Shown in pieces: positions 46,851-59,186 of a DNA stretch of 64,000 nt (positions are counted from its first letter, which is position 1; each line of letters starts with the position of its first letter). A model generated the notes under the pieces. It was not told the origin of the DNA. It worked only from the letters and a program-made list of their open reading frames with translations, and did not search any database. Made by a program: the position numbers and the translations under genes. The DNA is from Rhizodiscina lignyota (Eukaryota): the NCBI GenBank assembly GCA_010015805.1, contig ML978124.1, positions 2,480,001 to 2,544,000 on the forward strand, read 5' to 3'.

Positions 46851-47724
46851 ATGTCGTTACCCTTCCTCTACGCGTTCTTCTTTTTCCCAGCCTTCCAATG
46901 CGGGGAGGTCCCGTCACAAATCATTACTAGCCCTTTAGATGCTTTCGTCGGATGGACGAGCGAGCCTAGTGACGGTGCCTGTAAGCCGATCTCGGCTAAA
47001 GATAATATTTTTTCACATGTGCTAATCTTTGAATGCAGGGAGTCAATACTATTGCAACGGCGGTAGTGTGGCACAGAGCGGCCAGACATATGCATGCAAA
47101 AACGGTGGCTTCTTCGGACTCACGTGTATTGGATCGAAGCAAGTTGTCGAGGAATATGTCGGCACTGCGACGCCGTTTTACGGTAGCACGACGCAATCCG
47201 TTTGGTAGTATTTCCCTGGTTATGTCCGGTTCAAGATCGCTAATAGGGTCATGAATAGCACAGGCTTATGCCAGACAGCGCTGCGATACTCCGATATAAA
47301 CGACCAGAGTCCGCTCAGCGCATACGGCTGCTGGAACGATGTGTTCAGCATAAGGTCTTACTACGTGAACATCCCCGCAGCAACTGCCAGCACAACATCT
47401 CCAATCACATCAAGTAGTACCTCTGCGTCGCCCTCGAGCATCATCTCAACGACATCAACGCCGCTCTCCACTTTCAGAACCTCAACGTCATCGAGCTCTT
47501 CGTCTCCGCTCAGCGTGTCGTCACAACCATTTTCCAAAAGCTCGTCAGGAAGCGCCACACCAACTATCCAAGCAAGTAGCTCTGGCTTGAGCTCCAACAA
47601 GTCGAATGATATCGCACTCGGTGTCGGTCTTGGGGTTGGCATACCTTCTTTCATCGTGGCGGTCATTGGGGTAGTGTTCACAATACGGAGAGCAAGATAT
47701 GACAGCAGCAGGAATCACGCTTAG
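46851..47724 (+). CDS. Type I membrane cell-surface protein (signal peptide, 6-Cys domain, Ser/Thr stalk, TM)
   Basis: Reconstructed exons 46851-46980, 47039-47204 and 47259-47724 are phase compatible: MSLPFLYAFFFFPAFQC..FVGW..WSQYYCNGG..YAC..TC..C..C..YGCW, then a S/T tract, then IALGVGLGVGIPSFIVAVIGVVFTI-RRAR. Confidence 0.72.
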
Positions 47725-48904
47725 GAGACGATCACGAGCGCACAATGACAGCAAGAGACTTCAGTAACGGTCACGAGTCTGAGATGACAATAGCAGGAGT
47801 TATAGCTTATTGGTGATCCTCACCCCCTCAATGAGGCAACCAGACAGTATGGCACCCCCGGTGAACAGTTCGAATCTCGCTAACGGCGATTCGTGGTTAT
47901 ATGCTCGGGCCTTCTAATGAGCGTTGCAAACCCTTCTGTATTTTTCCAACACAGTTGATATCCCGGCCTTCTTGCCTTAACATATGCTTTACTTTCGGTG
48001 GCATTTGTCTTGCTTCTCCGTTATATACCCTCAGCTTTCTCCTTGCATTTTCAGCTGCGTGTCTTTCCCAAAGTTGGTTTTCTTATTCAGCAATTTTGCG
48101 GTTTGCGGAAAGCGTTTCTCGTTCATCGCGCCGGCGTTCTGTTACCATCACGAGTGGCTTCTAGAATTACTGTCATGTTAAGGCTGTGGACCTCCATTAT
48201 GCATTAGACCGCTGAAAGTTTGAAATAGATGACTATTGAAACGGAGTTGGTCTGAACATCATAGCGATCGACGGGAAAGTAAATTTTGCAGTCACATCAT
48301 CACGTTTCATACATACACTACGAGAACTCGAAGATATCAAAAATTGCTTTCAGGGAAGATAGCAAGCAACAATTCTCGCAAGTCGCTCATCAAGCAGATG
48401 TTCTTCTCAACAGAGGGAGAAGAATAAATAGCAAAATACGTAAGGCCTCGTTGTGAGTGTCAAATATAAGATGATCGGCGTCGGGTTCTCGGCCATGAAG
48501 TTGGTGGATCTGGCAGAGCCAATCAGACGGCAAAGTTTCCGAGCAAGCGAGTGGCATTTCTCTCCTGAGTCGCGTTTATTGGACGCTAGTGAGACTTCAC
48601 CTCCAACCACAAAATACATCAAGACTGACAAAGCATCAATTCTCATCATCAATCTGAGAGCTCCAATATGGAAGCTAACTAGATGGGGGTGGCAGTAGCT
48701 TCAACAGTCGTAGTGTCCGGACGGACCAATCCGGAGCTCAAGATTGCGAGCGAAAGGATCTTTCCATAACATACTCGGTCATCTCGGGCTCCAGTAACCA
48801 GAGAAAGCGCAGAATTTGTGATTACAATCAGTCTGCGTTCTATCACAGTTTCCTTTGTCTGGTCGACGGAAGCGTATGCTGCTGTAGCCTTAGGTCGTGG
48901 CCAA

Positions 48905-50762
48905 ATGGACGCCGAACCTGAGAAGATCAAACTTTCCGGACGTAGAAAGGTCAAGTCTGGATGCAAGACCTGCAAGTAGGTTCCATCGAGCTTATCGAGA
49001 TTCGTTAATGCGGCGGCGATCTAATGTATGTCACAGAACCCGACGAGTCAAATGTGACGAAGGGAAGCCGGCGTGCCAGAGATGCCTGTCTACTAGACGG
49101 GTGTGTGATGGATATGGCATCTGGGGTGCTGGCGGAAATGAATACGGGAGCAAGATGCGGAGATATTCTCCGCTTGCACCTGTCAGCCTCTCTAAGTGCA
49201 ATACGCCGATTCCTCTCCTTTGCTCGAGCGGAGAAGAAAAGCTGTACTTTGACTTCTTTCGGCGACGAACGGCGACTAAACTTTCAAGCGTCTTTGAATC
49301 CCACTTTTGGGAGCAATTGGTATTCCAGGCCTGCACCTCCGAGCCGGCCGTTCTCCATGCTGCGCTTGCACTAGCTTCAGCTCACAAAGGCGGTGATGCC
49401 AGATGCGGAACATGCAGGTCCAGTCCCACTGGAATCATCAAAACGGAGCAGCGTGGAACAGACGACTATGAGTACTTTGCGCTTAATCAATACAACAAAG
49501 CCATATCTCACTTGAAGACTCATCTTTCAAATCACAAGATCTCTTCCCTGCGCATCGCGCTCATTTCGTGTATGATCTTCACCACGCTCGAACTGGTGCG
49601 AGGGCAGTACAAGTCAGCATTTACTCATCTGCGCAATGGCTGCAACCTTCTCGGTCAAATTCGCGATAAGGATGATGAAAAAACAGACCGAGGCAATTCA
49701 TTCCTCAGATCTCAGCCAAAGTCTATTGAGAATTGCTTGATCGAACCTTTCGCTCGCCTAAACGTCCAAATAGGACTCTTTGGTGAAATTCCCGACAACC
49801 TTTATCCCCTCACTCAACTGAGCAGTGTCGAACATCGTCTCAATGTACCGCCATTATTCGGGAGCATTTACGAAGCGCGCGAGTATATGGATAGCTTGCT
49901 CAACACGGTCCTTCACATATCTGGAAAATGTTTTCAGGACAGGTTGACGTCTACACCACATTCAAAGATGACTATTAAATCCCAACGATCACTGGAGCTG
50001 GCGGTATCTTCCTGGATCGAATCGTACAACGTAAGTATTCCAAAATTCTTCCAAAATACCGACCACCGCAACAAATTCTCGATTCCACTCCTCCGGCTCT
50101 TCCACACGATGACGACGATCATCATAAGCACAGCAGTGTCCTCCCGAGAGGCTCTCTTCGACTCGTACACACCGAAATTCACTTCTATCATCACCGAAAC
50201 GATCTCTCTTTGGGAGATGACTGGATTTGTCTCTCACAGTCCTTACAAGGGGGATTGCTGGATTCCCAACCTCCGGTTTACGTCCGAAATGGGGATTGTC
50301 CCAGCACTGTACTACACTGCTGTGAAATGCCGAGTTCCGTGGCTCCGACGACAAGCGATCAAGTTACTCTTAGCAGCTCCACACAGAGAAGGAGCCTGGG
50401 ATAGCGTGATTGTGGATCACATTGCAGAAAAAGTCATGATAATGGAGGAAGATGGATTCTACGTGAGCGCACAGGTCGATATTGACCCTCCAGCATTTCA
50501 ACGTCCCACGGAGAAATACATCCAAGATTGCAATGCAATGCCTAGTCTACCAGAAGCATTGAGATTCCACAACGTCAAGATCTTATTGAATGAGAATTCT
50601 GGACCAGCTGGATTCTTGGTCTGTCAGAAGCCCGATTACACTAGAAAGGGAGGTTGGGTGGAGACCAAGGTTCCATTTGACTTTACATCAGTGGAATCAG
50701 TCGACGTACTGCGGGCTCGAGAAGAGCAGGGATGTATACATCATCTGAATATTGACGACTGA
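48905..50762 (+). CDS. Zn(II)2Cys6 transcription factor (DUF3468/Fungal_trans_2 type)
   Basis: KVKSGCKTCK, intron (~48976-49036), then TRRVKCDEGKPACQRCLSTRRVCDGY. Also EPAVLHAALALAS, ALNQYNKAI and KCRVPWLRRQAIKLL..REGAWD. Confidence 0.9.
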
Positions 50763-50780
50763 AAGTTTTGCGCAAGTCCT

Positions 50781-52040
50781 TTAAGAGCTTCCGTATCTCA
50801 CCGGGTTGACAACAGTTTCCGCAAGGTCCACGCCAAAGATCCGATTGAACGCCAGAATCACAAGTTTGTCTCCCGCCAAAGCAAAATTCGCAAGCGGCGC
50901 TACGTCTCTTACGTTAACTGGGTTCTCTGTATTCTCCAATATGATATCCGCCGCGTTGAATAGCCCAAGCACCTTTCCAGTGGACCCATTACGCACGACC
51001 ACTCCTTCGTACTCAGCCGTCCAAACGCGACCTGCGTCACCAACCTTGATACCGTCTGCCAGACCTTGTCGCGCAAAGGAGAATAATCTCTTGTTCTGGG
51101 GCGTACATCCGTCTGGCCCTCCAAGGTCGAATTGATACACACCTGCGAAGCTCGGAAAAGTGTGGTTCGGTGGACGCTGGAAAACAGCCGATGAAGGTCC
51201 GTCCGTGACGTAGAGAATCGAGTTTGTCGAGTCGACAGCAATGCCGTTTGGTACTTGGACGTCCAATGGACCGATAACAGGCTTGAGATTGTTATCATGT
51301 GGTGTATAGCGCCAGACAAAATAAGGGAGTCCAGATGGCCCAGGAACTGTGCCGGGATGAAGGGTTTCGTCGCTGAAGAAGAAATCGGAGAAGAAGAAAC
51401 AGGGCTGTTGCGTTACATTCGAGACGGCCACCGTAATGTCGTCTGGACCCCCGAACGGCAGCCCGAAGAATGAGTTCACGACTTCAGTCGCATGATATGT
51501 GTGAGGATCAATGGCGACGATTGCAGGCGATGTTACGGTATCACCAAACGTGGTCATATACACCTTACCGTTGAAGTAATACCCGCCATTCGGATTCGGC
51601 AGTCGAGCACCAGTAATATTTGGTCGGATTACTGTCGAAGTGTTGAGATCGAGGATGGAAACATAGCCTGGTGTTGGGTTCAGGAAGGCAGTGAACCACA
51701 CTTGATTCAAGTTTGGGTCCCATACGCCGCCCTCAAAGGCGAACGAGTCGTTGGCATTCGCACTACTGACAAGCAGTTTGACAGAAGGGGAATCACCGAG
51801 GATGCTGCGAAAGCTTGCGTCGTACGAAATGAAGCTGGCCCTCCGGGCGGCTGTGATGGTCCGCTTGGTCGAAGAGTTACTTGAAAGGCCGGACGTGTTC
51901 ACGAACGGCTGATCGAATGTATTGTTGAAGGGTCGTGGGAGCAGCAAGGTATCTTCCGGAGGGATTTGGACTGTCAGATTCGATTGTGACAGTGCCGGAA
52001 CAGCCAGCATAGCCAATGCTACACTGAAGGCTTTCATCAT
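50781..52040 (-). CDS. Secreted SMP-30/gluconolactonase-family lactonohydrolase
   Basis: Signal peptide MMKAFSVALAMLAVPALS. Metal-ligand motifs AFEGGVW, PNPNGG, NSFFGLPFGGPDDI, VPNGIA, LYVTD and ADGIKV. Multiple N-glycosylation sequons. Confidence 0.88.
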   Translation of the reverse strand: MMKAFSVALAMLAVPALSQSNLTVQIPPEDTLLLPRPFNNTFDQPFVNTSGLSSNSSTKRTITAARRASFISYDASFRSILGDSPSVKLLVSSANANDSFAFEGGVWDPNLNQVWFTAFLNPTPGYVSILDLNTSTVIRPNITGARLPNPNGGYYFNGKVYMTTFGDTVTSPAIVAIDPHTYHATEVVNSFFGLPFGGPDDITVAVSNVTQQPCFFFSDFFFSDETLHPGTVPGPSGLPYFVWRYTPHDNNLKPVIGPLDVQVPNGIAVDSTNSILYVTDGPSSAVFQRPPNHTFPSFAGVYQFDLGGPDGCTPQNKRLFSFARQGLADGIKVGDAGRVWTAEYEGVVVRNGSTGKVLGLFNAADIILENTENPVNVRDVAPLANFALAGDKLVILAFNRIFGVDLAETVVNPVRYGSS

Positions 52041-52414
52041 TGCAGTTTGAGACAATGCGTATAATTGATCCGCATCAGAAAGAAAGATCTGTGTTCATCC
52101 CGGAATCTAATTTCTTGCTTGCCGCAGGCGCCCCTCTGTCGCACAAGGTGACATCATTGTGCACTCGACATCGCTTTTCTGTGATCTATTTTAGATACGT
52201 CTATAGCGCACCTGTGATATCTCTTGGCCAATATCAATTCCCTTTGATTTGATCAAGTCCAGAACAATCGAAAGAATATCTTTCGCAGATTCTATTCTTC
52301 GCCGTGCGGCAAAAGGGGGTTATTTCCCAGTTGAGACTAGATCAGGCCATTCAGTGGATTGAGACACAAATGGGAGTGGTCAGCTTTGAGATTCGAAAAA
52401 TACGGAAACATATA

Positions 52415-53581
52415 CTACACTGCTAGTATAGTTGCTAGGTTTGCTTTGAAGTGCTCAATCCGCGCCAGCAGCTCCATAGTTGATTCCATGGTTTGTTTTG
52501 CACCTCTCTCCCCTATGAAAAGATGATGGTTGCCGTGCACAACAAAGATCAAACTGTCGACTGTTTCTTGTATTACTTTCATTATCTTCTCAGCCTTGTC
52601 GCGGTTCTTAGACATCCAGAGTGTCTTCTCTCTTGCGGCCAGGCTTCGAAGCTCTTCCGCCGACAGTTTCAAATTTGCATCAGGAAGTGGTAATGGAAGA
52701 AGCTTGTCGACCGCTGCCATCAGTTGGTAAGTCATGATGAATCCCCAAGTAGCCTTATCTGCAACGCTGTGTCGAAAATCCAGAGGGCTGTCTCCAACGA
52801 TGGCTCCCAAGAATGGCAAATCAGCCGGACCAACCTCATCAGCGACTTCGAAGCCAATATCTCTGTCTTCAACTAGTTTGTCCTCTTGCTTCGAGTATCG
52901 TAGCCCAAAAGCGCCCATCGAGATGGGGAAATATCCCATGTACTCGCGGACATAGATGTCGTCCGGTATAATCTCTCTCCCATCATTAATCGAATTTTGT
53001 TCGTGCAGCTGACCCAAAAATAACGGCTTGTATGTTACACTGAAAGCATATCCACTTGCTGAGGCAACTGTATTTGGAGCTCGTTCACGCACTCCGCGTA
53101 GTGCAGGCGTTGCGACCAGAGAGACGGCCAATTCCAAATTCAATCCACGACTGCGAGCTTCCAATGCGTATGGGTGCAAGATCTTTCCGGCCATACTCCA
53201 GAACATCAACACGACGCGCTTGTTGGATAGACCCTTTTGTTCGATCGTTTGTCTTGTTGCTTCCGCCGCTTGCGCGCCCCATTCCCGCACTGCGAAGTCA
53301 GGCCGTGTCGTGGGCATGACCGGAGGAGAACATTCCAGGGGGTACGACACAGCGAGAAAGTTGTAGCCAGACTTTTGAAACCAGTGTGCGAGAAAGTCAG
53401 AAGATTTGCAATTTTGATGGCCTCCATATCCTATTCGACCGAGATGATAAGCGCCTGGAATGAAGACTACAAGAGGTTTGTTTGCGTCGCTGCCGCGGAT
53501 GAAATAAAGCAAGGTGGGAGCATTCTCTATCGTTTCGAGAATTTCTCCTTCATAGAGTGCAATTGGAGATGGAGAAGTCAT
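52415..53581 (-). CDS. Putative alpha/beta-hydrolase-fold protein
   Basis: Intronless 388 aa. PLVVFIPGAYHLGRIGYGGH (oxyanion region), NFLAVSYP, nucleophile-elbow-like LMFWSMAGK, and C-terminal VHGNHHLF. Confidence 0.65.
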   Translation of the reverse strand: MTSPSPIALYEGEILETIENAPTLLYFIRGSDANKPLVVFIPGAYHLGRIGYGGHQNCKSSDFLAHWFQKSGYNFLAVSYPLECSPPVMPTTRPDFAVREWGAQAAEATRQTIEQKGLSNKRVVLMFWSMAGKILHPYALEARSRGLNLELAVSLVATPALRGVRERAPNTVASASGYAFSVTYKPLFLGQLHEQNSINDGREIIPDDIYVREYMGYFPISMGAFGLRYSKQEDKLVEDRDIGFEVADEVGPADLPFLGAIVGDSPLDFRHSVADKATWGFIMTYQLMAAVDKLLPLPLPDANLKLSAEELRSLAAREKTLWMSKNRDKAEKIMKVIQETVDSLIFVVHGNHHLFIGERGAKQTMESTMELLARIEHFKANLATILAV

Positions 53582-54057
53582 ACTGACAGTTGAGGAGTCA
53601 GAGAGATAGACAGTGAAGGACAGGAGATCATAGAACGCTTATGCTTTTGATAGCAACAATGCTCGATAGAGGGGATAGAACACGCTTTAAAATTCCGCTA
53701 CAAATGCAAGATCCCAGGTTTGGCCTCCGAAGTCAGTATGAAGCTACTCGGGGAGATACAGTGGCCGATTTCGGCATTTTGGCCGATGCAGCTCATGCTG
53801 GGCGTTCAGCTCTCTCGCAGCTTGAAAGTCGGTTTTTTTGTGAGGCAGACCCTTTTCATCCGTCTCTTCTACAACATCCCATGACGACTCCGAACAAGCA
53901 GAATCCCGGGCACCGGGTACCCAGGGTTTCGGTCGAAACGCTTCAAAACCATGTACCAGGTCCACCGCTGCATCTGTGTTCTTCATAGTTTTCCATGCGC
54001 GGTTACTTGCTTCATGAGAAGAATGGAAATATCTCTTTACGCCTCTTCAGACGTTCA

Positions 54058-55473
54058 TCATACAATTTCCGTCTGCCGTTCTTCCAGTGGGGCGTATCGA
54101 AGATCATAGATTACGCTTAATTCCAGTCCTTGAGCTGTGAACATGCTCTCGAGTTTGTCCCACTCCGCTTCTGCGTCATTGTTCATAAAGTCTGGCAGTA
54201 TCACAGTTTTGAGATTGGGACAGATTTCTCTTCCATGTCGCAATAAATGGATCAAGTCCCTGCGTACCTCATAGCCCCAAACAGTGGTGAATGCATAGTT
54301 AAGAGATAGCACTTCGATTGCATCTGGGAGGATTGCGGACAGATCATGTTCTTCGCTTTCCAGCTTTCTGCTGATCAGGCGGGGGTAGTCCATATGAAGC
54401 CATGTGAGTTTCCAGAATTCCTTGAGTGACCCGAGCGAGTCCGAATCGAGTCCGTTCCCCAGATGAGAGTCCCGAAAATCCAAGGAAAGTGAGCGCAAAG
54501 AGTCCTTGTGAAGTGAGAGCGCTTCTCTGATCGATTCAGTTGTGGAGCACGATTCCGCAATCCAATGACGAACCCCGCCAATACAGGACATGCTCCAGAG
54601 CCTGACAAGCTCGAATGATGTGGTTCATCACTGCGATGCTGATATTGCAGTTATATAACCTTAGTGACGTGAGTGGAAGGCTTGCTGGCGCAAAGTTCCA
54701 GCGCTGAATATAATTGTTGATATTTACGAATTCGACGTGTAGCATGCGGAGGTAAGGGAGTTCGAAGAGAAACGAGAAGTCATCCATATCCCACTGGAAT
54801 ATCTCTGACCCCGTAGCATATTGACCGGCCTTGAATTCTATAAGCTTGCAAAACCCGTGTCTTATGCGTCCCAAGTACATCTCCCATTGTAGACATTTGA
54901 ATTTGCGGGCAGGAAATCCATGGAATGTGAGTTTCTCAAGATGGGGAAGGCAGGCTAGTAAGAGGATAACCTGCGCATCTTCATAATTGGCAGCGAGTCC
55001 ATCAAGGAAGAACTGGCCGGCAAGATCTTGATGAATGGGCTGGCCATCCGGCCTGATCACTCCTGTTTCCGTGGCAGCTTGGACAAAGAGGTTAAAGTCC
55101 TGTTCCCGTAAAGATCCTTGTGGATGGCATTCGCAGTCTACCTGATGATCTCTGTATGTGCGGAAGAAGGGCTTGCACCTCTTGCATTTGATTGAGTATC
55201 TCTCGGTGGAGAATTCGCGGATTTCGATGGCTTTGCAGTGTCTGGCGAGATGTGGACTGGCAGCGATGGTTCGGAGGAATGGTACGAAAGACCTGTCAGG
55301 GTTTGCTGCATCCTCAGATTGACATAACTGGCAAAAAGTACTGGTGTTACCAAGGCCCTGAATCCAGTTGATGTTGCTCTGAGACTGGCAAGGTCTGGCT
55401 TGGTGATCTGACGGAGGATGCAGTTGACAAACACGTCCTGCGGCAGATCGCCGAGGCCGGAGCGTGAGGCCAT
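54058..55473 (-). pseudogene. F-box/LRR-like gene interrupted by two frameshifts
   Basis: F-box-like start LGDLPQDVFVNCILRQITKPDLASLRATSTGFRALVTPVLF. The frame switches near 55315 (to ..FLRTIAASPHLARHCKAI..LLLACLPHLEKL..) and switches back near 54545 (TTESIREALSLHKDSLRSLSL..LGSLKEFWKLTWL..ILPDAIEVLSL..CPNLKTV). No credible intron at either junction. Confidence 0.7.
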
Positions 55474-56350
55474 GTCTGAGTTGGGCCAAATGAGAGGGCA
55501 ACGGAGTTGCGTACCTGAGCCCTTAGGACGTGCTGTAGAATAAGGCGGTTTGAAGCGCGATGTTAGGGAAGGAACTGGAAGTGCAGATACGCGTCGCGTC
55601 CGTGACGGAGGTTTTATCCTAAAACGCGACGGGACAGGGAAGAGTTTTCTTATCGTTACGGAGTAGACGCTGTTTACATGATATTCCGCAGTGATTAAAT
55701 GATGTTGATGTTATTGGTGAAGTTGGTAATAATAGGACGTGGTACTTCGTCATTCATTTACTCTCCACTTTTCATCCTTTGCTGTGTTGCGCTCTCCAAT
55801 TGTCTATCCATGCAGCTAAGCGATCTCACTGCATCCTCTATACTGGCACTAAGCCGACGGCGCGGTCCGCAAACGCAGAAAATCCGGGGTCTCCACTTCT
55901 CTTATGCCCCCCTTTCGCCGCTGTGTTTTCTTTTCATGTTTCAATGGCTGTTGGATCTGACCCCGGTGAGCACTTCGCCGGGAAAGGTAATGGTCATCTT
56001 CATTCATTTAAGCGGTTTGTGGAGAAACTCAACTCCGTATTATCCCATTTGTCAGATACCACCACGGCGGCATTCTCTATTCAGTCTTTTTGCGAGTCGA
56101 TAGTACTTTTATCAAACTGAAAGCCCACAGACGGGGTCGCTCATCTGACTGTGATTGTTTCATGCGGCACCGCAGCTCGAATTCAGGTCTCACAACAGCA
56201 CTTCAGTGATCGAAAGTCGCGTTTGTGCAAATCATCCACAAGGACAGACATGTTCTCAATTTCTAGTACAGATGACTGTTATTGATCAGGATCCCTTTCG
56301 TCCATTTCTTAACTCAGGAAACTCATCCATCGTTCCCACCTTGTTCCATC

Positions 56351-56630
56351 TTATTCTGGAACCCCGAACTGTCAAGTGTCTCGTTAGTCCCACAAACAAG
56401 CGCTTATTCCCAGGCAATGATTTACTTACACAGCCCTGAGGATTGCAACATTGACGACCATTGTTTTCAAGTGAGCATGACTGGCCCAATTGACAGTCCG
56501 GACAAGCGGTTCCTGAAGACCCGTCGCCGCAGAAGAGGAAACTAGAGCCCGAGGCGCTGAAACAGAAGCTCTGCGCGGAGGCAACAGAGAGGAACGAGAA
56601 GAGTAATACAGACACCGTAAAGTAGCGCAT
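56351..56630 (-). CDS. Small secreted cysteine-rich protein (72 aa, 8 Cys)
   Basis: Exons 56630-56430 and 56368-56351; intron 56369-56429 (GTAAGT..ACTAAC..CAG). Signal peptide MRYFTVSVLLFSFLSVASA. TATATAAA lies about 90 nt upstream. Confidence 0.82.
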
Positions 56631-57268
56631 TGTGACTGCTTCGAATTGAGTGATGTGGATTGCTGTGGGATCTGATATTGTTGGGATGCTTGCTCAGATG
56701 TCTTGTTTGCACGTCTGTTTATATAGACATTTTTCCGCTCGCTGATGAGTGATATTGCTCTTGGCTAAATGGAATAATTGTTGCTCTTGAATTTCCGATG
56801 TACCATTAATCTGTGAAATGTTACTGTCTCATCTAAATCGGGACCACCAAGCTCGAAGAGGAAAATGTAGACCCTGGGAATGGTGGAGATCCTGGGATAA
56901 TCGCGCTCCACGGCGGTCAAACGCGGGGAAATTCGTATTTCTTGCTGCATGTCGTCAACGATATTCGAAAGATGGGTGTGATTTGGTCGTAGTTCATGAG
57001 AAGCTCGCAGTTGCTTTTCTGGATTGCATTGCGGTGCGGAAGGTGACATTGCGACTTCAGGATTCTGCATCAGCATTAGCCAGTTGGATCAACGTGCGAT
57101 GACAGCGCGCTGGATTCACATGAATGCCGAACATGGTATCGCTGAGCCTGGTATGAATATTACTTGGATTCTGCTCGTAAAACAATCGCTAAATCGCATG
57201 CATGTTGAAGAGACATGCGGAGGTCAGCCAACGCCTGGCCAATGCAATTGATGCAAACACAATATCCA

Positions 57269-59186
57269 TCACATCTTGCCCATTACTGTGATATCATCTG
57301 ACTTCTCTTTCTCCACATCCACCTCCACCTCACTTCGCTTTTCGTCATCGTCATCCAGCGTCTCGTGTAATATCGACGGCGTATGTCTCTTCTCCGAATC
57401 TCGGCCACTGTCTCCTCTGACCCCTCCAGCAGCGTCTGCCATTCCGTTGTCCAACATTCCTTTCTCCAAGTCGGCCTCTTGTTGTCTTGTTGTCTCTTCT
57501 TCTTCCCTCATCTGCCGCTCCCGCTCTATTGCCTCGAGTTCTTCAGGTCTAATGAGCCCTCTATCTCTGACAAAAGCACAAGTGATGAGACATACTACCG
57601 CCAATGGAGTCAGCATTATGAACACGGCCCTCGACGCCTGGGCATAAGCAGATTTGATAGCCGCCGAATCCGTTGCAGTAAATTTTGAATAGTCTGGATG
57701 CGTGAATGTCGAAGCAGCTAGATACTTGAATTCAGCAGGTAAGCTCGCTTTCAGCACATTCTGCAATACAGCCGCGCTCAATGCAAGCCCGACTGCACCG
57801 CCGAGACAGCGCAGGAAATTTCGGACCGAAATGACGACCGCACGCTGCGATTTGCGGGCGTGGGCCTGCAATGCGACGATGGTGGGCTGGAAGACGTTGC
57901 CACAACCATACCCGAACACGACCATGATGGCAATGATATAGCGCAACTGGAAATTCTCGTCGAATAGGATTGTAAGGCCTGTACCCAGGGTGAAGAGGAA
58001 GAAGCCGATAATTATGATCTCGCCGTAGCGCTGGGTTCGCGTTATGTACTGGCCTGAGAGTATGGACGAGCAGGCCTGGGTGCCGACCATCGGGATGATG
58101 AGAATGGCAGATTTGAGCGGACTCCACTGGCGTACGTTCTGGAAGTAAATTGGAAAATAGTAGATGTAAGAGTAATAGACGGCGCCGAAGAAGAAGTTTT
58201 GGATCATGATGGCAGAGATGGCCATGTTCTTGAAAAGATCGACTGTACAGTGTCAGTCACACAGGCCGAATGAGTCGAAAACACATGCTTACATGGCATC
58301 ATTGGCAGGGCGCTGACTCGCCATTCAACATATCCAAAGAGAACAGCAAATATGGAGCCTATTGTGAGCATCGAGATCACCATCGGCCTTGGCCGTCAGC
58401 AAACACACATACAGCAGTATGCTTTTGAGGAACATACGAATTCCACGCAAAGTATGCTCCGCCTCCAGAGATTGGAATCAAGAGCAGAATTAAAGCGATG
58501 CTCGCGGTGATGACTCCCAGGTAGTCAATCTTCTTCACATTCTCTCTGAAGTCCTTCCTCGGCACAACAGTTGGCAGCATAAAATAGTGTACCACACCGC
58601 ACCCGGCAGCGGTCGGAGCAAGCATATAGAAAAGGCCTCGCCATCCTACTTTTGTCTTCTCGGCAAACGTCGAAGCCAAGAGTGGGCCAACGAGATTGCC
58701 AAGTCCAACACAAGATCCCAAGATGCCCTGGTATTTACCACGCTCTTGCAGAGTAACGATATCGCTCACGACAATCATCGTGAGGCTGGTAATGCCGCCA
58801 CCCGCAACGCCGGCAAGCCCACGGAACACGTAAAGCATCGCGGCATTCTGGCTAAGACCACAGAGCAGGTCGGAGAAGCAGAGCAGCGCAATGGCGCTCA
58901 GATAGACCAGCTTGCGGCCAAAGAGATCGGAGAGGCGGCCGTACAGGACTTGGAATACGGTGTTGCCAATCAGCGAAGATGTGCCTGCCCATGAGATCGT
59001 TTGTGTGGCGTTCAAATCTACGGCCATGATGGGCAGCAGTTGACCAATGCCATTTTGATCAATGAAATAGACGAGGAGAGTCAGAGCAAGGATGAGAAAG
59101 GTGAAGATGAGTTGTTTCTTTGGCAGAAGATTCTCCTGGTTTCGGAGTGCCTCCTCTGCTGCCCGCTGGCGTTCGAAATGGGACAT
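57269..59186 (-). CDS. MFS drug:H+ antiporter (DHA2-like, 14 TM)
   Basis: Motif A YGRLSDLFGRK, FRGLAGVAGGG, SDIVTLQERGKYQG, IDYLG, YYFPIYFQNVR and RNFLRCLGGAVGLA. Two introns in 58243-58435. Confidence 0.92.
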
